Source: an uncultured virus (IMG/VR IMGVR_UViG_3300013110_000368)
Lineage: Duplodnaviria; Heunggongvirae; Uroviricota; Caudoviricetes; Kyanoviridae
Reading direction: 5' to 3' (one strand)
DNA length: 57,695 bases
Virus record (IMG/VR): IMGVR_UViG_3300013110_000368
Both the position numbers and the translations under genes were made by a program. How positions within the stretch are numbered: position 1 is the stretch's first letter; every line of letters starts with the position of its first letter. The notes beneath the pieces are model-generated. The model ran no database searches and was not told where the DNA came from. It saw only the letters and a program-made list of their open reading frames with translations. Shown here piece by piece: positions 26,728 through 36,621 of this stretch.

Positions 26728-27150
26728 TTATTTTATTTCAATCTGTTTCGGTTTCTTTTCGTCTGGAACAACGTTTTCCAACTGAATTCGTAAAACACCA
26801 TCAGATAATTTTGCATCTGTCACTTCAATAGTATCGGCAACAGTCCAAGATCGTTGGAATTTTCTGCTGGCAATACCTTGATGCAGATATTGAGTATCCG
26901 AATTTTCATTTGAACCTTCGATAACCAAATTATTGGTTTCTGGCAAATGTGTAACCTTGATTTGCTCTTGTGTGAAACCAGCAAGTGCCACCTCAATCGT
27001 GTAGTTGTTATCATTCTGCTGAATAATATTATACGGTGGATAGTTTGGTTGATTCCGTTCAGTGTCAAACGATGACATCTGGTCGAACAATTTATCGAAA
27101 CCCACGAAAAATGGATCAAAACGGTTTAGTGTTGAAAGTAGTGTAGTCAT
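26728..27150 (-). CDS. hsp20: Small heat shock protein (Hsp20/IbpA-like)
   Basis: YPPYNI; IEVALAGF; YLHQGIASRKF; DGVLRI. Confidence 0.95.
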   Translation of the reverse strand: MTTLLSTLNRFDPFFVGFDKLFDQMSSFDTERNQPNYPPYNIIQQNDNNYTIEVALAGFTQEQIKVTHLPETNNLVIEGSNENSDTQYLHQGIASRKFQRSWTVADTIEVTDAKLSDGVLRIQLENVVPDEKKPKQIEIK

Positions 27151-27215
27151 GCTTTGTTTCTCCTTATTGAATAAGCAAGATTAAAATTTGTGGTCATCCT
27201 TTACGAATCGACCAC
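27151..27215 (-). promoter_or_regulatory. ROSE-like RNA thermometer in the hsp20 5' UTR
   Basis: UCUUGCUUA-UUCAA-UAAGGAGA hairpin sequesters the Shine-Dalgarno with a bulged G; upstream GUGGUC...GACCAC hairpin. Confidence 0.7.
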
Positions 27216-27224
27216 CATCGTTTA

Positions 27225-27608
27225 TTATTTTTTACCGATGTTGTATTTTGGAACCAATTCCCAATCATCCTTATCGGCATAGGCAAGAACTTTTATCTGA
27301 CTCAGTGGTGCAATATTTTCTTCTGTTTCACCACTGACAATCTTAACCAAACCCCATTCTTGCAAAAGGTTTGTAATCGTATTTCTACGTCCTTCATCGT
27401 TTTCTGAAAAATTAGTTGGTTTCCCATCTAATGCAAATAGTTCTTTGAAGTGAACTATATAGTACCTACCCTGCTTATGCAATATATGACAGGATTGGTA
27501 CAATTTATTATCGTTTCTGGATGCGACTCCAATTCGACTCAATGTTTCTTTTACCTTCAGAAAGTCATCTGGTTGCTCCAATGTAATCTCTATCATGCTT
27601 TCTATCAT
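27225..27608 (-). CDS. regA: Translational repressor RegA
   Basis: DDFLKVKETLSRIG; LYQSCHILHKQGRYYIVHFKELF. Confidence 0.96.
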   Translation of the reverse strand: MIESMIEITLEQPDDFLKVKETLSRIGVASRNDNKLYQSCHILHKQGRYYIVHFKELFALDGKPTNFSENDEGRRNTITNLLQEWGLVKIVSGETEENIAPLSQIKVLAYADKDDWELVPKYNIGKK

Positions 27609-27991
27609 TTTTTCAAACCACCTTTGTATAGTCTATCTTTGATATATTCAATGTCATCATGACCAAGAATTCTCAAAGCATCCTTTGCTTTACGAGTACT
27701 ATAGTTAAAATACTCTTTGATGCTCTCTATATCATCAAACGATTCAGGCTGAAGCCACTTACGTGCTTTCCTCTTTCGCTTCCTAAGACTATTTATAAAA
27801 TATTCATATTGTAACTTTTTATCACAATGTGGTCTGAAATTCATCTCATTGACAAACATCACACTATCGACATTCTGTGACAGGAATTTGTTGATCCTGT
27901 ATGGTTCGTAAAACCTCTCACATTTTGGATCTTTTTCCATCACATTATCTTTGCGATAGTTTATATCATTAAGAAAATCAAAAATTTCCAT
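27605..27991 (-). CDS. gp62: Clamp loader small subunit (gp62-like)
   Basis: Y.PY.IN..LS; NEMN; IKEYFNYS..KA..AL.IL; synteny. Confidence 0.9.
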   Translation of the reverse strand: MEIFDFLNDINYRKDNVMEKDPKCERFYEPYRINKFLSQNVDSVMFVNEMNFRPHCDKKLQYEYFINSLRKRKRKARKWLQPESFDDIESIKEYFNYSTRKAKDALRILGHDDIEYIKDRLYKGGLKK

Positions 27992-28926
27992 TAGGCAAAC
28001 TCACATCGGTGCATAATCTCAGTTAGACATGCAACAATATTCACCTCTTGATCTACCACAAATGCAGATTTGTATTGATAATCCGCAACAATCACAACTG
28101 CCTGTGCTATACCAGATGGTGTCAAAGCATCAACCAACCGATCATACACATTTCTGAGTAGAACATTCGGTTCGTTATCCATATTATCGACCACCCACTT
28201 AGACATATTTGTAAAATGTTTGGATTTAATCATTTCGATTACCCGATCAATTTCCACATCAGCAACACTGGTCAATATGCCAACATCAATTGTACCACTA
28301 GCAGAATACCGTTGGAGTTCATTTAAAACCCTTCTCCAATCTGGTATGTATTTAGTTATCAGTTCTGCGACAACTTTTGGATCATATTCGACCCCCTCTT
28401 TTTCAAGAATTTTTTGCACTCTATCCATGAAGTCTGCAGCGAGTTGCTGAATTTCCTTCTTGGGGATTGTAAATTCGACAATCGAGCAACGTGAATGTAA
28501 AGGACTGATAATCCGATTGGCAAAATTACAAGTGAAGATAAACCTGCAATTTTTGCTAAATTCCTCAATGAATCTTCTGAGTGCTGGTTGCGTGACGTGC
28601 GAGAGATAGTCTGCTTCATCTAATATCACCACCTTTCTACCACCAGTAAGTGAAACCGTACTGGCAAAATTTTTAATTTGATTTCTAAGTGTATCTATAC
28701 CACCTTCTTCTGAACCATTTATCAAAATATAATCAAAATCTAATTCTGTGCATAATGCCTTGGCAATAGTCGTCTTGCCTACTCCAGCTGAACCACATAA
28801 CAAAAGATTTGGAATTTCGTTGTTTTTCACAAATTCCCGAAAGGTCTTTTTAAGACCCTTCGGTAATATACATTCATCAATAGTTTGGGGTCGATATTTC
28901 TCGACCCATAGAAATTCCTCTCTCAC
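27991..28926 (-). CDS. gp44: Clamp loader large subunit (gp44-like)
   Basis: LWVEKYRP; GSAGVGKTT; ILDEAD; PLHSRC. Confidence 0.96.
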   Translation of the reverse strand: MREEFLWVEKYRPQTIDECILPKGLKKTFREFVKNNEIPNLLLCGSAGVGKTTIAKALCTELDFDYILINGSEEGGIDTLRNQIKNFASTVSLTGGRKVVILDEADYLSHVTQPALRRFIEEFSKNCRFIFTCNFANRIISPLHSRCSIVEFTIPKKEIQQLAADFMDRVQKILEKEGVEYDPKVVAELITKYIPDWRRVLNELQRYSASGTIDVGILTSVADVEIDRVIEMIKSKHFTNMSKWVVDNMDNEPNVLLRNVYDRLVDALTPSGIAQAVVIVADYQYKSAFVVDQEVNIVACLTEIMHRCEFA

Positions 28927-29603
28927 TAAACATCTCCAAAGGTAGAATCTGGTTCAAGTGCAATCCAGTATTCCAACTCAATCTCATTGTTTTTAAAATG
29001 ACTAATACCTTCTGCTGAAATGGAAACTGTATAATCTCCACGCAACATTTTAAGGTTTTCAGTTCTGAAATACATCTCGAATGTACTGTCTGCACCATTC
29101 CCGACTTCCAAATCGAATGTATTAGTTGTCGGATCTCTCTTATCCAACACACTTAGGTTAATTTGACCAGAACCATTGCTCCGTAAAGCAAGATCTGGTT
29201 TACCTAATACATTTGACATATTCCTAACCGTACTAAAATCTTCCTTTGTCAAATCAAACGTTATATCGGAATCTGGCATATTCATCGTTTTAGTCGGTGA
29301 TATTATTGTACTGGCATCAGCATAGTAATATCGACAAACTGCCTTATCCCTACTCAATACCACTGATTCTCCATCAAATTCATACACAGCACCCTCAAAA
29401 ATTTCATCGCCAGCAACCCTCAAAAATTCACCCAAATCGTAGATTCCGAATTCATTCCCAAAAGTTTCAGCAACTTCTGCCTGTGCCAAAATGTTCTTAG
29501 ATGTTGATATAGTTGATAACACATTTCCCTTCTTCACCAATATCGAACCATTGATGGTTGAAAAGTTCTTCAGTATATCAAACGTTGCTCTTGAAATTTG
29601 CAT
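28926..29603 (-). CDS. gp45: Sliding clamp (gp45-like)
   Basis: ILKNFSTIN; FGIYDL..FL; ENLKML.GDY.V; YWIALE. Confidence 0.95.
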   Translation of the reverse strand: MQISRATFDILKNFSTINGSILVKKGNVLSTISTSKNILAQAEVAETFGNEFGIYDLGEFLRVAGDEIFEGAVYEFDGESVVLSRDKAVCRYYYADASTIISPTKTMNMPDSDITFDLTKEDFSTVRNMSNVLGKPDLALRSNGSGQINLSVLDKRDPTTNTFDLEVGNGADSTFEMYFRTENLKMLRGDYTVSISAEGISHFKNNEIELEYWIALEPDSTFGDV

Positions 29604-29629
29604 ATCCACTCCAATTATCTTTAATGACT

Positions 29630-29667
29630 ATATTATACCATATTTTTTCTAGTTTGTCAAGCTAAAA
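29630..29667 (-). promoter_or_regulatory. Sigma70-type early promoter for gp45-gp44-gp62-regA
   Basis: Same TTTTAGCTTGACA-17nt-TATAAT motif; the -35 box overlaps the upstream gene's stop codon. Confidence 0.85.
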
Positions 29668-30817
29668 AATCTTCTAATGTGATTTTTTTTGGTTTACTCC
29701 AATTAGCGTTATTTTCTATCTGAGTTTCCATCATAGAATTGAATGTCTCATGATAATACTCTAAACCACCAGCAACTTCATAATATTTCTCCTTTATTTC
29801 CTCTAATAGTTCAAGTCGTAATGAATCATCTCTCAGTTCAATGCATTTCGCATACAACCCCTCAAAGGTATCAACTCTCTGATAATCATTTGCAACTAAC
29901 ATACAATTCACATCATACTTTCTCCAAACCAAAGGAATGACATCACAGACTACGCATTCATTGTATCTAGCAGTCAATATATCATCAAAATCAGGCCAAT
30001 TGAAGCATAAAGACACTCTTGCCTTTTGAACCTCTGGTATAACTTTAGACCCCATTAAATGGGTAAATTTTACATCTTGTTTGAACCCATCGAAAAAACC
30101 AATCCAAAATGTTTTCAAATCTGAACGATTGGTTTTCTTCAAAATCTCATACCTAAAATCCTCCGACAGTTTTTTCTTATATAATGGTTGCTGTTTTCGT
30201 ACTAACCCTCTGTCCATAATATCATACATCACCTGTTCACTCGTATATGAATAGATGAATCTTTTTGTAGTACCCCAATATGCAAAATCATAGATTTTAT
30301 CTGGTTTATGACCACCTAAATGCTTATCTATTATCGTCTGCCTGACGTGATGCACCCCTGCCCTAAAATCGGATTCATCTATGACACTATAGGTAAAATC
30401 AAACTCATTAAATACATTCTTCTGAAACAATTCAACCGTATCTGCTCGATCACTTTTTAATAATATGATATGTCTGGGTTTTCCATCTTCCCGAAATTGA
30501 ACCCTAACATCTTCCACATAATTCCATGTACGTTTCATTTTATAACCATCAACCCGACTCTCAATGTTATATGCAAACTCAGAATCGGTAGTTATGACCA
30601 ATACATCTGTGTCCTTCAAATCCACAGAACTTCTAGGCACGTTACGACCCACGTAATTAAAATTATACCATCTGAAATCATAGTTTTGCTGATTAGTCTT
30701 GACAAAATTATCGTACAAGTAGAAAAATGAATCAGTTGGTTGATTTGGTTGCCACAACTTTGTATAATTTCTCTGTTTAGCATTCCTCAATCTACAAAAA
30801 GTTACAACCTTTTTCAT
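29657..30817 (-). CDS. GT-B glycosyltransferase, T4 beta-glucosyltransferase-like
   Basis: DFAYWG; C-terminal LTARYNECVVCDVIPLVWRKYD...LYAKCIELRDDSLRLELL parallels the BGT C-terminal domain (recalled from memory). Confidence 0.6.
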   Translation of the reverse strand: MKKVVTFCRLRNAKQRNYTKLWQPNQPTDSFFYLYDNFVKTNQQNYDFRWYNFNYVGRNVPRSSVDLKDTDVLVITTDSEFAYNIESRVDGYKMKRTWNYVEDVRVQFREDGKPRHIILLKSDRADTVELFQKNVFNEFDFTYSVIDESDFRAGVHHVRQTIIDKHLGGHKPDKIYDFAYWGTTKRFIYSYTSEQVMYDIMDRGLVRKQQPLYKKKLSEDFRYEILKKTNRSDLKTFWIGFFDGFKQDVKFTHLMGSKVIPEVQKARVSLCFNWPDFDDILTARYNECVVCDVIPLVWRKYDVNCMLVANDYQRVDTFEGLYAKCIELRDDSLRLELLEEIKEKYYEVAGGLEYYHETFNSMMETQIENNANWSKPKKITLEDFLA

Positions 30818-31587
30818 GCCACGTTCCATATCAAAGCCCCCTTTGTACCATGATCTTTAACAAACTTCCAAACCTTAGCATCATAATTAGCAACAGATGG
30901 ATACGGTGGCAATTCATTTTCTGGTGGAACTTGGTCAAACTTCAAAGGATGTTTATAAACTTTTGCCGAAAGACTTTCATGTGATTGGAGTTTATGCCCA
31001 ACTGATACTATATTATGTTCTGCATCAGGCCACCCCAGTTGCAACCCCCTAGATAAAGTTCCCGATCCACCAACAACCCAAACTTCAGATGGATTGTAGT
31101 CTATACTACCACAAACCCGAATAAAGGAAGCCATTACAGTTGGGTGATCTATACCAAACGGAACTAGTTTTCTGAATTTTGGTTTCTGGTTGACATACGA
31201 AACTGCCTTGGACATAGTATGCGACAGATACCCCATATCCACCCACTCAACAACAGCACCTTCTGCAATTGCCTTTTTTTGTGGCATAGTATAATTTTCT
31301 TCCTTTCTTTTTGCCATAAACAATACTAATTTTTTATTATATCTTTTACAAAGAATGGAAAGGGAAACTTGGGCCCAACCATTTGCTGGACTCCCCCCAT
31401 ATACCCATTCCTCGCATTCCATATTGCTTTGGATTAAAAAATCAGCAACTCTGATCTTGGAACCACCATGCAACAAATCATCCCGTACTACAACAAACCC
31501 TTCATGTTCTTTAAGTATGGGTTTTGGGTTTCCGTCTTCCCAATCACCAATCAACTCAAGATATTCTTCTGTTGTTAAATCTATCAT
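30814..31587 (-). CDS. PLP-dependent enzyme (ACC deaminase / D-cysteine desulfhydrase fold)
   Basis: VVRDDLLHGGSKIR (Schiff-base Lys); VVGGSGTLSRG phosphate loop; NYDAK; LIWNVA. Confidence 0.8.
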   Translation of the reverse strand: MIDLTTEEYLELIGDWEDGNPKPILKEHEGFVVVRDDLLHGGSKIRVADFLIQSNMECEEWVYGGSPANGWAQVSLSILCKRYNKKLVLFMAKRKEENYTMPQKKAIAEGAVVEWVDMGYLSHTMSKAVSYVNQKPKFRKLVPFGIDHPTVMASFIRVCGSIDYNPSEVWVVGGSGTLSRGLQLGWPDAEHNIVSVGHKLQSHESLSAKVYKHPLKFDQVPPENELPPYPSVANYDAKVWKFVKDHGTKGALIWNVA

Positions 31588-32951
31588 CACACCATCCAAT
31601 CACTAAGATCTCGGTCGAAAGTCAATTCATGCTTATCATTATTCTTTCTGAACACCCAAATCGGTTCTATAAAAACTGTATCGTAATACTCTTTCTTTTT
31701 CTTTTCATCTACGACATTCCCCTCTGGTGTTTTAGTGATATACCTATAACCCTGTGGTCGCTGCATTAATCGCAACCCTGCCATACCCAAAAAATTACAA
31801 TCATCGTTCTGTTTAACAGAATCAACCATATCATCGCAAAGTCCATAAATCTTCCCCCTGACCTTTGGTTCAGTTATGTTGATACACATATATCCATCAT
31901 CTATAATGGATTCCCAAGTTTTTTGTAAGGTGGGGAAATAAAAATCATCTCTCCACGATTCAAAAGTAGGATACCTAAACCAACTCTGCTCCGATTCATA
32001 TAATGAATCCTGTGCATATCTTTCAAGAGAAAAATATGGTGGTGATGTGAACATATAATCAAAGGTGTCCTTCCATTCATCCCACTCAAAATCCTCCGAT
32101 GGTACTCGATGAATTATAACATGCTTCTTTGGTGATTTCAGTTCAAAATACTCATTTCCAGAACCACTTATCCGTATATTATTTTTTATGCCCACCAAAT
32201 CAGCATAATAAAAGCACTGCTGTTTATACATATCGAAAGTATCTGCATTCGGATCACACCCAACATAAAGTTCTGCATCACTCGCCCAAAAACCAGCAAG
32301 ACGATCACCCCAACCCATTGAAGTATCTAAAATTCTTTTCGCACCATATGCTTCATAGAGGAATTTTGCCACATTGGGTCTGAATTGTGTTGCAACATAA
32401 GCACCCAACCGACACGATTTTCGGTATCTTTCTGGTGTTAGGTCAACAAACTCAGATGCCATTCTAAACATAGGTGCAAGCATCTGTCGAACTTGTTCCA
32501 CTGTACCAGTTTTCCAAATTGTAACTGGATTCCTTTGCTCATGGGATGGACATCCAACCCTATTCCTGTTCTGAAAATAATCAGAAACCACATTGCTACC
32601 ATTTCCTAACTGTATTGCATATAACCCACACTTATCAAAATCATACTTGAATTGATGTTCTCCCTTAACCTCAACTCGCCTATCACCCTTTTTTATACGC
32701 ATTTTTTCCATACTCTGACGCATGTCACCAAAACGTTTGACCACTTTTTTTTCATCCATTTCACGATATGGAAATTCTGGTCTAGTTTCTACGATAATCT
32801 CAGCGAGTGCAAGTAAGACTAATTCCACCCTATCTGCATTCTCACCCCGTATAAACCCACCTGTAAAATCTTTCCAATCATCACCCCACACAGGCAATCC
32901 ATCGGCATTCCTATGTTCCATCAACTCATTCTTAATTTCATTTTTTACCAT
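31587..32951 (-). CDS. SAM-dependent DNA amino-methyltransferase-like protein
   Basis: QFRPNVAK; ILDTSMGWGDRL (motif I); FTSPPYF (motif IV); EPIWVF. Confidence 0.85.
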   Translation of the reverse strand: MVKNEIKNELMEHRNADGLPVWGDDWKDFTGGFIRGENADRVELVLLALAEIIVETRPEFPYREMDEKKVVKRFGDMRQSMEKMRIKKGDRRVEVKGEHQFKYDFDKCGLYAIQLGNGSNVVSDYFQNRNRVGCPSHEQRNPVTIWKTGTVEQVRQMLAPMFRMASEFVDLTPERYRKSCRLGAYVATQFRPNVAKFLYEAYGAKRILDTSMGWGDRLAGFWASDAELYVGCDPNADTFDMYKQQCFYYADLVGIKNNIRISGSGNEYFELKSPKKHVIIHRVPSEDFEWDEWKDTFDYMFTSPPYFSLERYAQDSLYESEQSWFRYPTFESWRDDFYFPTLQKTWESIIDDGYMCINITEPKVRGKIYGLCDDMVDSVKQNDDCNFLGMAGLRLMQRPQGYRYITKTPEGNVVDEKKKKEYYDTVFIEPIWVFRKNNDKHELTFDRDLSDWMV

Positions 32952-32955
32952 ACGT

Positions 32956-32993
32956 ATATTATACCACATTTCCAACCAATTGTCAAGCTAAAA
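32956..32993 (-). promoter_or_regulatory. Sigma70-type early promoter for the methyltransferase operon
   Basis: TTTTAGCTTGACA-17nt-TATAAT with TG extension. Confidence 0.85.
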
Positions 32994-33015
32994 ATAACTT
33001 TCTCAAACCACCTTA

Positions 33016-33915
33016 CTAAACTTCCAGCCCAAGTTCCTGTAACATACTTAACATTTCTGGATCACACTTATCTTTCATTTCACCAACAAAATTCTTCTTT
33101 TCTTCCTCATTCAATTCTTCATTAACCACCTCTATCATATTAGACATACTAAGTTCCATCATACTTTGTTGCGACCATTTCTCGGAATTCATTACATAAA
33201 ACAAACCAGTAGTCATTTCCTCTTTTGCTTCTTCAATATTTTCCTTTTCCCAAGTCATTCGTTTTTGCACATCTTCCATAAAAGTTTGAACAATCTCATC
33301 AGGCATCAAAAACCATTCCCCCTTTTCTCTGAAGGGGGAAAAAAGTTGGTGCATCCAACGTTCAAAAAACAGAGATTCATCCTTCCTATGAGAACCAAAT
33401 GTAAAAATTAATTCAAGTTCATTCGGATTGGAAGTCTGTAAAGTTTTCAATCTCGACTCTGGATTTTTACTATTTCCTATTTTATAAAAGGAATCACCAA
33501 CTAAATCATCTGCTTCTATACCACTCTGTCTAATTATATATAAATAATGTTGATTAATCATCCTCTTTGCTGTCTCAATTTGCAAGTCATCATCCAACCG
33601 TTGGATTTCAATTAGTGCTTCTAAATTACTACACAATTTTGTCTGCTTCAAAACCTCTCTTGCTATAGGGTTTATCTTGCCAATCTGTTTCATCCGTTGA
33701 TATGTCCGTTCTCCTAATCCAACAGATTCTGCTATTTCAGCAGTCGTGTACCTCTTTGATAATGCATTACTATATTGATTATCAGATGAGAGGGCCCTAC
33801 AACCCGATTCTAATAATTTTTCTTCATAATCTATTATATACTCTGCTTGCTCAATCAAATTAAGATTTTTGTCTAACACATCACACCACCTTACTAAAAT
33901 TCTGTACCTTCTCAA
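33016..33915 (-). CDS. ParB-like HTH region fused to a GIY-YIG (T5orf172-type) domain
   Basis: TTAEIAESVGLGERTYQR helix-turn-helix; LYII...YKIGNSKNPESRLKTLQTSNP...E..MH..F...GEWF. Start may be GTG 33879. Confidence 0.75.
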   Translation of the reverse strand: MRRYRILVRWCDVLDKNLNLIEQAEYIIDYEEKLLESGCRALSSDNQYSNALSKRYTTAEIAESVGLGERTYQRMKQIGKINPIAREVLKQTKLCSNLEALIEIQRLDDDLQIETAKRMINQHYLYIIRQSGIEADDLVGDSFYKIGNSKNPESRLKTLQTSNPNELELIFTFGSHRKDESLFFERWMHQLFSPFREKGEWFLMPDEIVQTFMEDVQKRMTWEKENIEEAKEEMTTGLFYVMNSEKWSQQSMMELSMSNMIEVVNEELNEEEKKNFVGEMKDKCDPEMLSMLQELGLEV

Positions 33916-35593
33916 ATTTTATCACACTATCGAATTTCTCATACAAAGTATCCCCTTTATGCGAAATTACGAAAACATTGCTTTTCAAACCCAGTGACTG
34001 CAAGAGTTTGAGGAACTCATCTGTACCATTGGCATCAAGTGAACTATCAAACACTTCGTCCAAAATTAATAGATTAGTACTGGCACTATTCTTCAATTTT
34101 GCCACTGCTCTCCATGTAAAAAGCAGTGCCAAGTCAATCCGCATCTTCTCACCTTCACTGAACGAGTCATAACTAAATTCATCTCGAAATCGACTTTTGA
34201 TAATCTCGTTAAAATTTTCGTCGATGGTGAAATTGAAATATGAATCCATGGCCGTGAGATATTTGTTTACCAAGTTGTTCATCACTGGCAAATACTGCTT
34301 GATAATCTTGGTCTTGATACCAGTATCCTTCAGCATTTCACTGGAACACATCAAATACAATCCCCGATCTTTGAAATCTTGCATTGCACCACCAAGTCTG
34401 TACCTCTCGGTCAACAGATGTGTCAAACGGTCTTGATCCCCCTCTGACTTATCTTTGACCTTACCAAGGTAATCAACCTCTTTGAGCAACTTATCCATAT
34501 ATCGTTGTATCACCTTGATCGAACTAGCACATTCTTTTATTTTATCATCATGACCACGAACTCCACTAGCAAACTTCTCCAATCGAGTCATTTCCGACTT
34601 AGTACTAGTAATCTCACTTTGAAGTTTGGTGTACCCTTCTTCAATACCCCTTATCTTATCATATTTCACCTTCAAAATTTCTTGGACATGCCTATAGTCC
34701 AAAACCTGACCACAAACTGGACAATCTTCGTTGTCATTGAAAAAAGCAACTTCTTGGTTGACTTTTCTCAAGTTGTTCTGAATCTGAGTATCAAACAACT
34801 GCATCTTCGATAACTTATCAGATACCCCCGATAACGGTTCAATCGCATCTAACAATTCCTGACGTTGTTGATCCAAACCCTCAATTTGTTCATTCAGATC
34901 TGAAATCTGAATCTTGGATGTAGATATTTCACCTTCAGTGTTCTCGATTTTATTATCACTGATCTGCTTTACTTCCTCGATATATTTTTTCTGCATGTCA
35001 ATGCGTTCTTCATTTATACTGTAGTTTTGCTTTGCATGTGATAATTGAATTGAATTTTCAGCAACTTGTTCTTTTAGCAGGGTATTCATGGTAGAAAATA
35101 CCCCAATATCTAACAAGTCCTCAATCACTTCTCTGCGATTGTAAGTGGATAATTGCATAAAGGGCTGAAATGAACTAGACCCCAACACAATAATCTGCGT
35201 AAAACTTTTGTAATTGAGTTTCAATATATACTTTTCCAACCGATCTTGGTACAACTTAGTAGTTGAATCTTGATCCATCAATTCATCATCAATATAAATC
35301 TCAAAAATATTAGGTTTCACCCCCCGACGAACCAAATAGTTCTTACTACCAGACTTGAATTCCACCTCAACCAACATGCCCCGTTCATTGACTGAATTGA
35401 CCAATTGTGGTTTGTTGATTTTGCGAAATGGTTTTGAGAACAACCCAAAGGTTAGTGCATCTAGCATAGTGGACTTACCCGAACCATTTTCACCTATCAC
35501 TAATGTGGATGGTGACTGATCCAGAGCAATCTCGGTAAAGGTATCACCAGTTGACAAGAAATTTTTCCAACGAATTTTGCTAAAATGTATCAT
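33881..35593 (-). CDS. gp46: Recombination endonuclease ATPase subunit (gp46, Rad50-like)
   Basis: KNFLSTG; GENGSGKST; CPVCGQ hook; FSEGEK; LDEVFDSSLD. Confidence 0.96.
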   Translation of the reverse strand: MIHFSKIRWKNFLSTGDTFTEIALDQSPSTLVIGENGSGKSTMLDALTFGLFSKPFRKINKPQLVNSVNERGMLVEVEFKSGSKNYLVRRGVKPNIFEIYIDDELMDQDSTTKLYQDRLEKYILKLNYKSFTQIIVLGSSSFQPFMQLSTYNRREVIEDLLDIGVFSTMNTLLKEQVAENSIQLSHAKQNYSINEERIDMQKKYIEEVKQISDNKIENTEGEISTSKIQISDLNEQIEGLDQQRQELLDAIEPLSGVSDKLSKMQLFDTQIQNNLRKVNQEVAFFNDNEDCPVCGQVLDYRHVQEILKVKYDKIRGIEEGYTKLQSEITSTKSEMTRLEKFASGVRGHDDKIKECASSIKVIQRYMDKLLKEVDYLGKVKDKSEGDQDRLTHLLTERYRLGGAMQDFKDRGLYLMCSSEMLKDTGIKTKIIKQYLPVMNNLVNKYLTAMDSYFNFTIDENFNEIIKSRFRDEFSYDSFSEGEKMRIDLALLFTWRAVAKLKNSASTNLLILDEVFDSSLDANGTDEFLKLLQSLGLKSNVFVISHKGDTLYEKFDSVIKFEKVQNFSKVV

Positions 35594-36621
35594 TCTATGC
35601 TTACCGCCTCCAAGTACAGATCTCGCAACATTTTGTCTAATCTGCTCTTGTCTAAATCAGTTGATAAATTTTTCACATGATTACTAATTATGGTGATAGT
35701 GTCCTCTGTGCCTTCAATCTTGGTTTCATCTTCAATCGTATCAAAATCCTCTACGATAGACAATTGTGCTGGATTGACTGCATACAATTCATCGACAAAG
35801 GAATCGAACTCATATGGATTTTTTTTCTCCGATACTACCAACCTCACAAATTTGTTACTGTATACCGAAAAATCAATCTCCATATCCTCTTTGTAAAATA
35901 TCTTATGAAACAGAACATTCGGATTCCGAATAAACTCCAACTCTTGTGTCTCAGTATCAAAAATATGAAACCCCCTATCTGTATTGTAATCAGACCACAT
36001 CATTTCATATGGTGTACCTAGATAGTAAATATGCCCATCATCATTTCTTAGATGAAAGTGACCAGACAAAACCTGTTTGAATTTAGAAAAATCAGTTTTC
36101 GACATCCCGATCTCAGATCTCATACCCTTAAACATTAGAAACCCCACTAATGCCAAATGCCCCATCAGGATCGTAGAATCTGTTTTATCTAACTCCACAA
36201 AGGAATCGTGTTCATTTTCTGCACACAGCCATGGCAATAAACAAACCCTCAAATCACCAAGTGTAATGGTTTCGGCAGTATCATAAACATGAATAAATGG
36301 TGTATCCCCATACAATTCATTAACCGAACTCAACTTTAATGTATTCTTGTAATATGAATCATGATTACCAACCAGAATATGAGTCATTATGGTTCTATCA
36401 TAAATTATTTCCATGAAATTTTTGCGTAGGTTATTCAATGTCAAAAAGGAAACTGTTTTCCGTTTATCCATCAGATCACCCAAATGCACCACATCCTTGA
36501 TATTATGTTCTTCCAGATACGGGAAAAACACTTCACCGAAAAACTGATTGATATGTGCTTGCACCACTTGATTATCATTCCTTGCCCCAAAATGCGTATC
36601 CGTAATTAATGCTACCTTCAC
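35590..36621 (-). CDS. gp47: Recombination endonuclease nuclease subunit (gp47, Mre11-like)
   Basis: DTHFG; HLGDL; GNHD; SGHFH. Confidence 0.96.
   Translation of the reverse strand: MKVALITDTHFGARNDNQVVQAHINQFFGEVFFPYLEEHNIKDVVHLGDLMDKRKTVSFLTLNNLRKNFMEIIYDRTIMTHILVGNHDSYYKNTLKLSSVNELYGDTPFIHVYDTAETITLGDLRVCLLPWLCAENEHDSFVELDKTDSTILMGHLALVGFLMFKGMRSEIGMSKTDFSKFKQVLSGHFHLRNDDGHIYYLGTPYEMMWSDYNTDRGFHIFDTETQELEFIRNPNVLFHKIFYKEDMEIDFSVYSNKFVRLVVSEKKNPYEFDSFVDELYAVNPAQLSIVEDFDTIEDETKIEGTEDTITIISNHVKNLSTDLDKSRLDKMLRDLYLEAVSIE

Noticed and set aside
6434..27797. Intragenic TATAAATA at 6434, 12028 and 27790
   Set aside because: Inside coding regions of AT-rich DNA and could be chance; the copy in gp62 might drive regA/hsp20 but has no other support.
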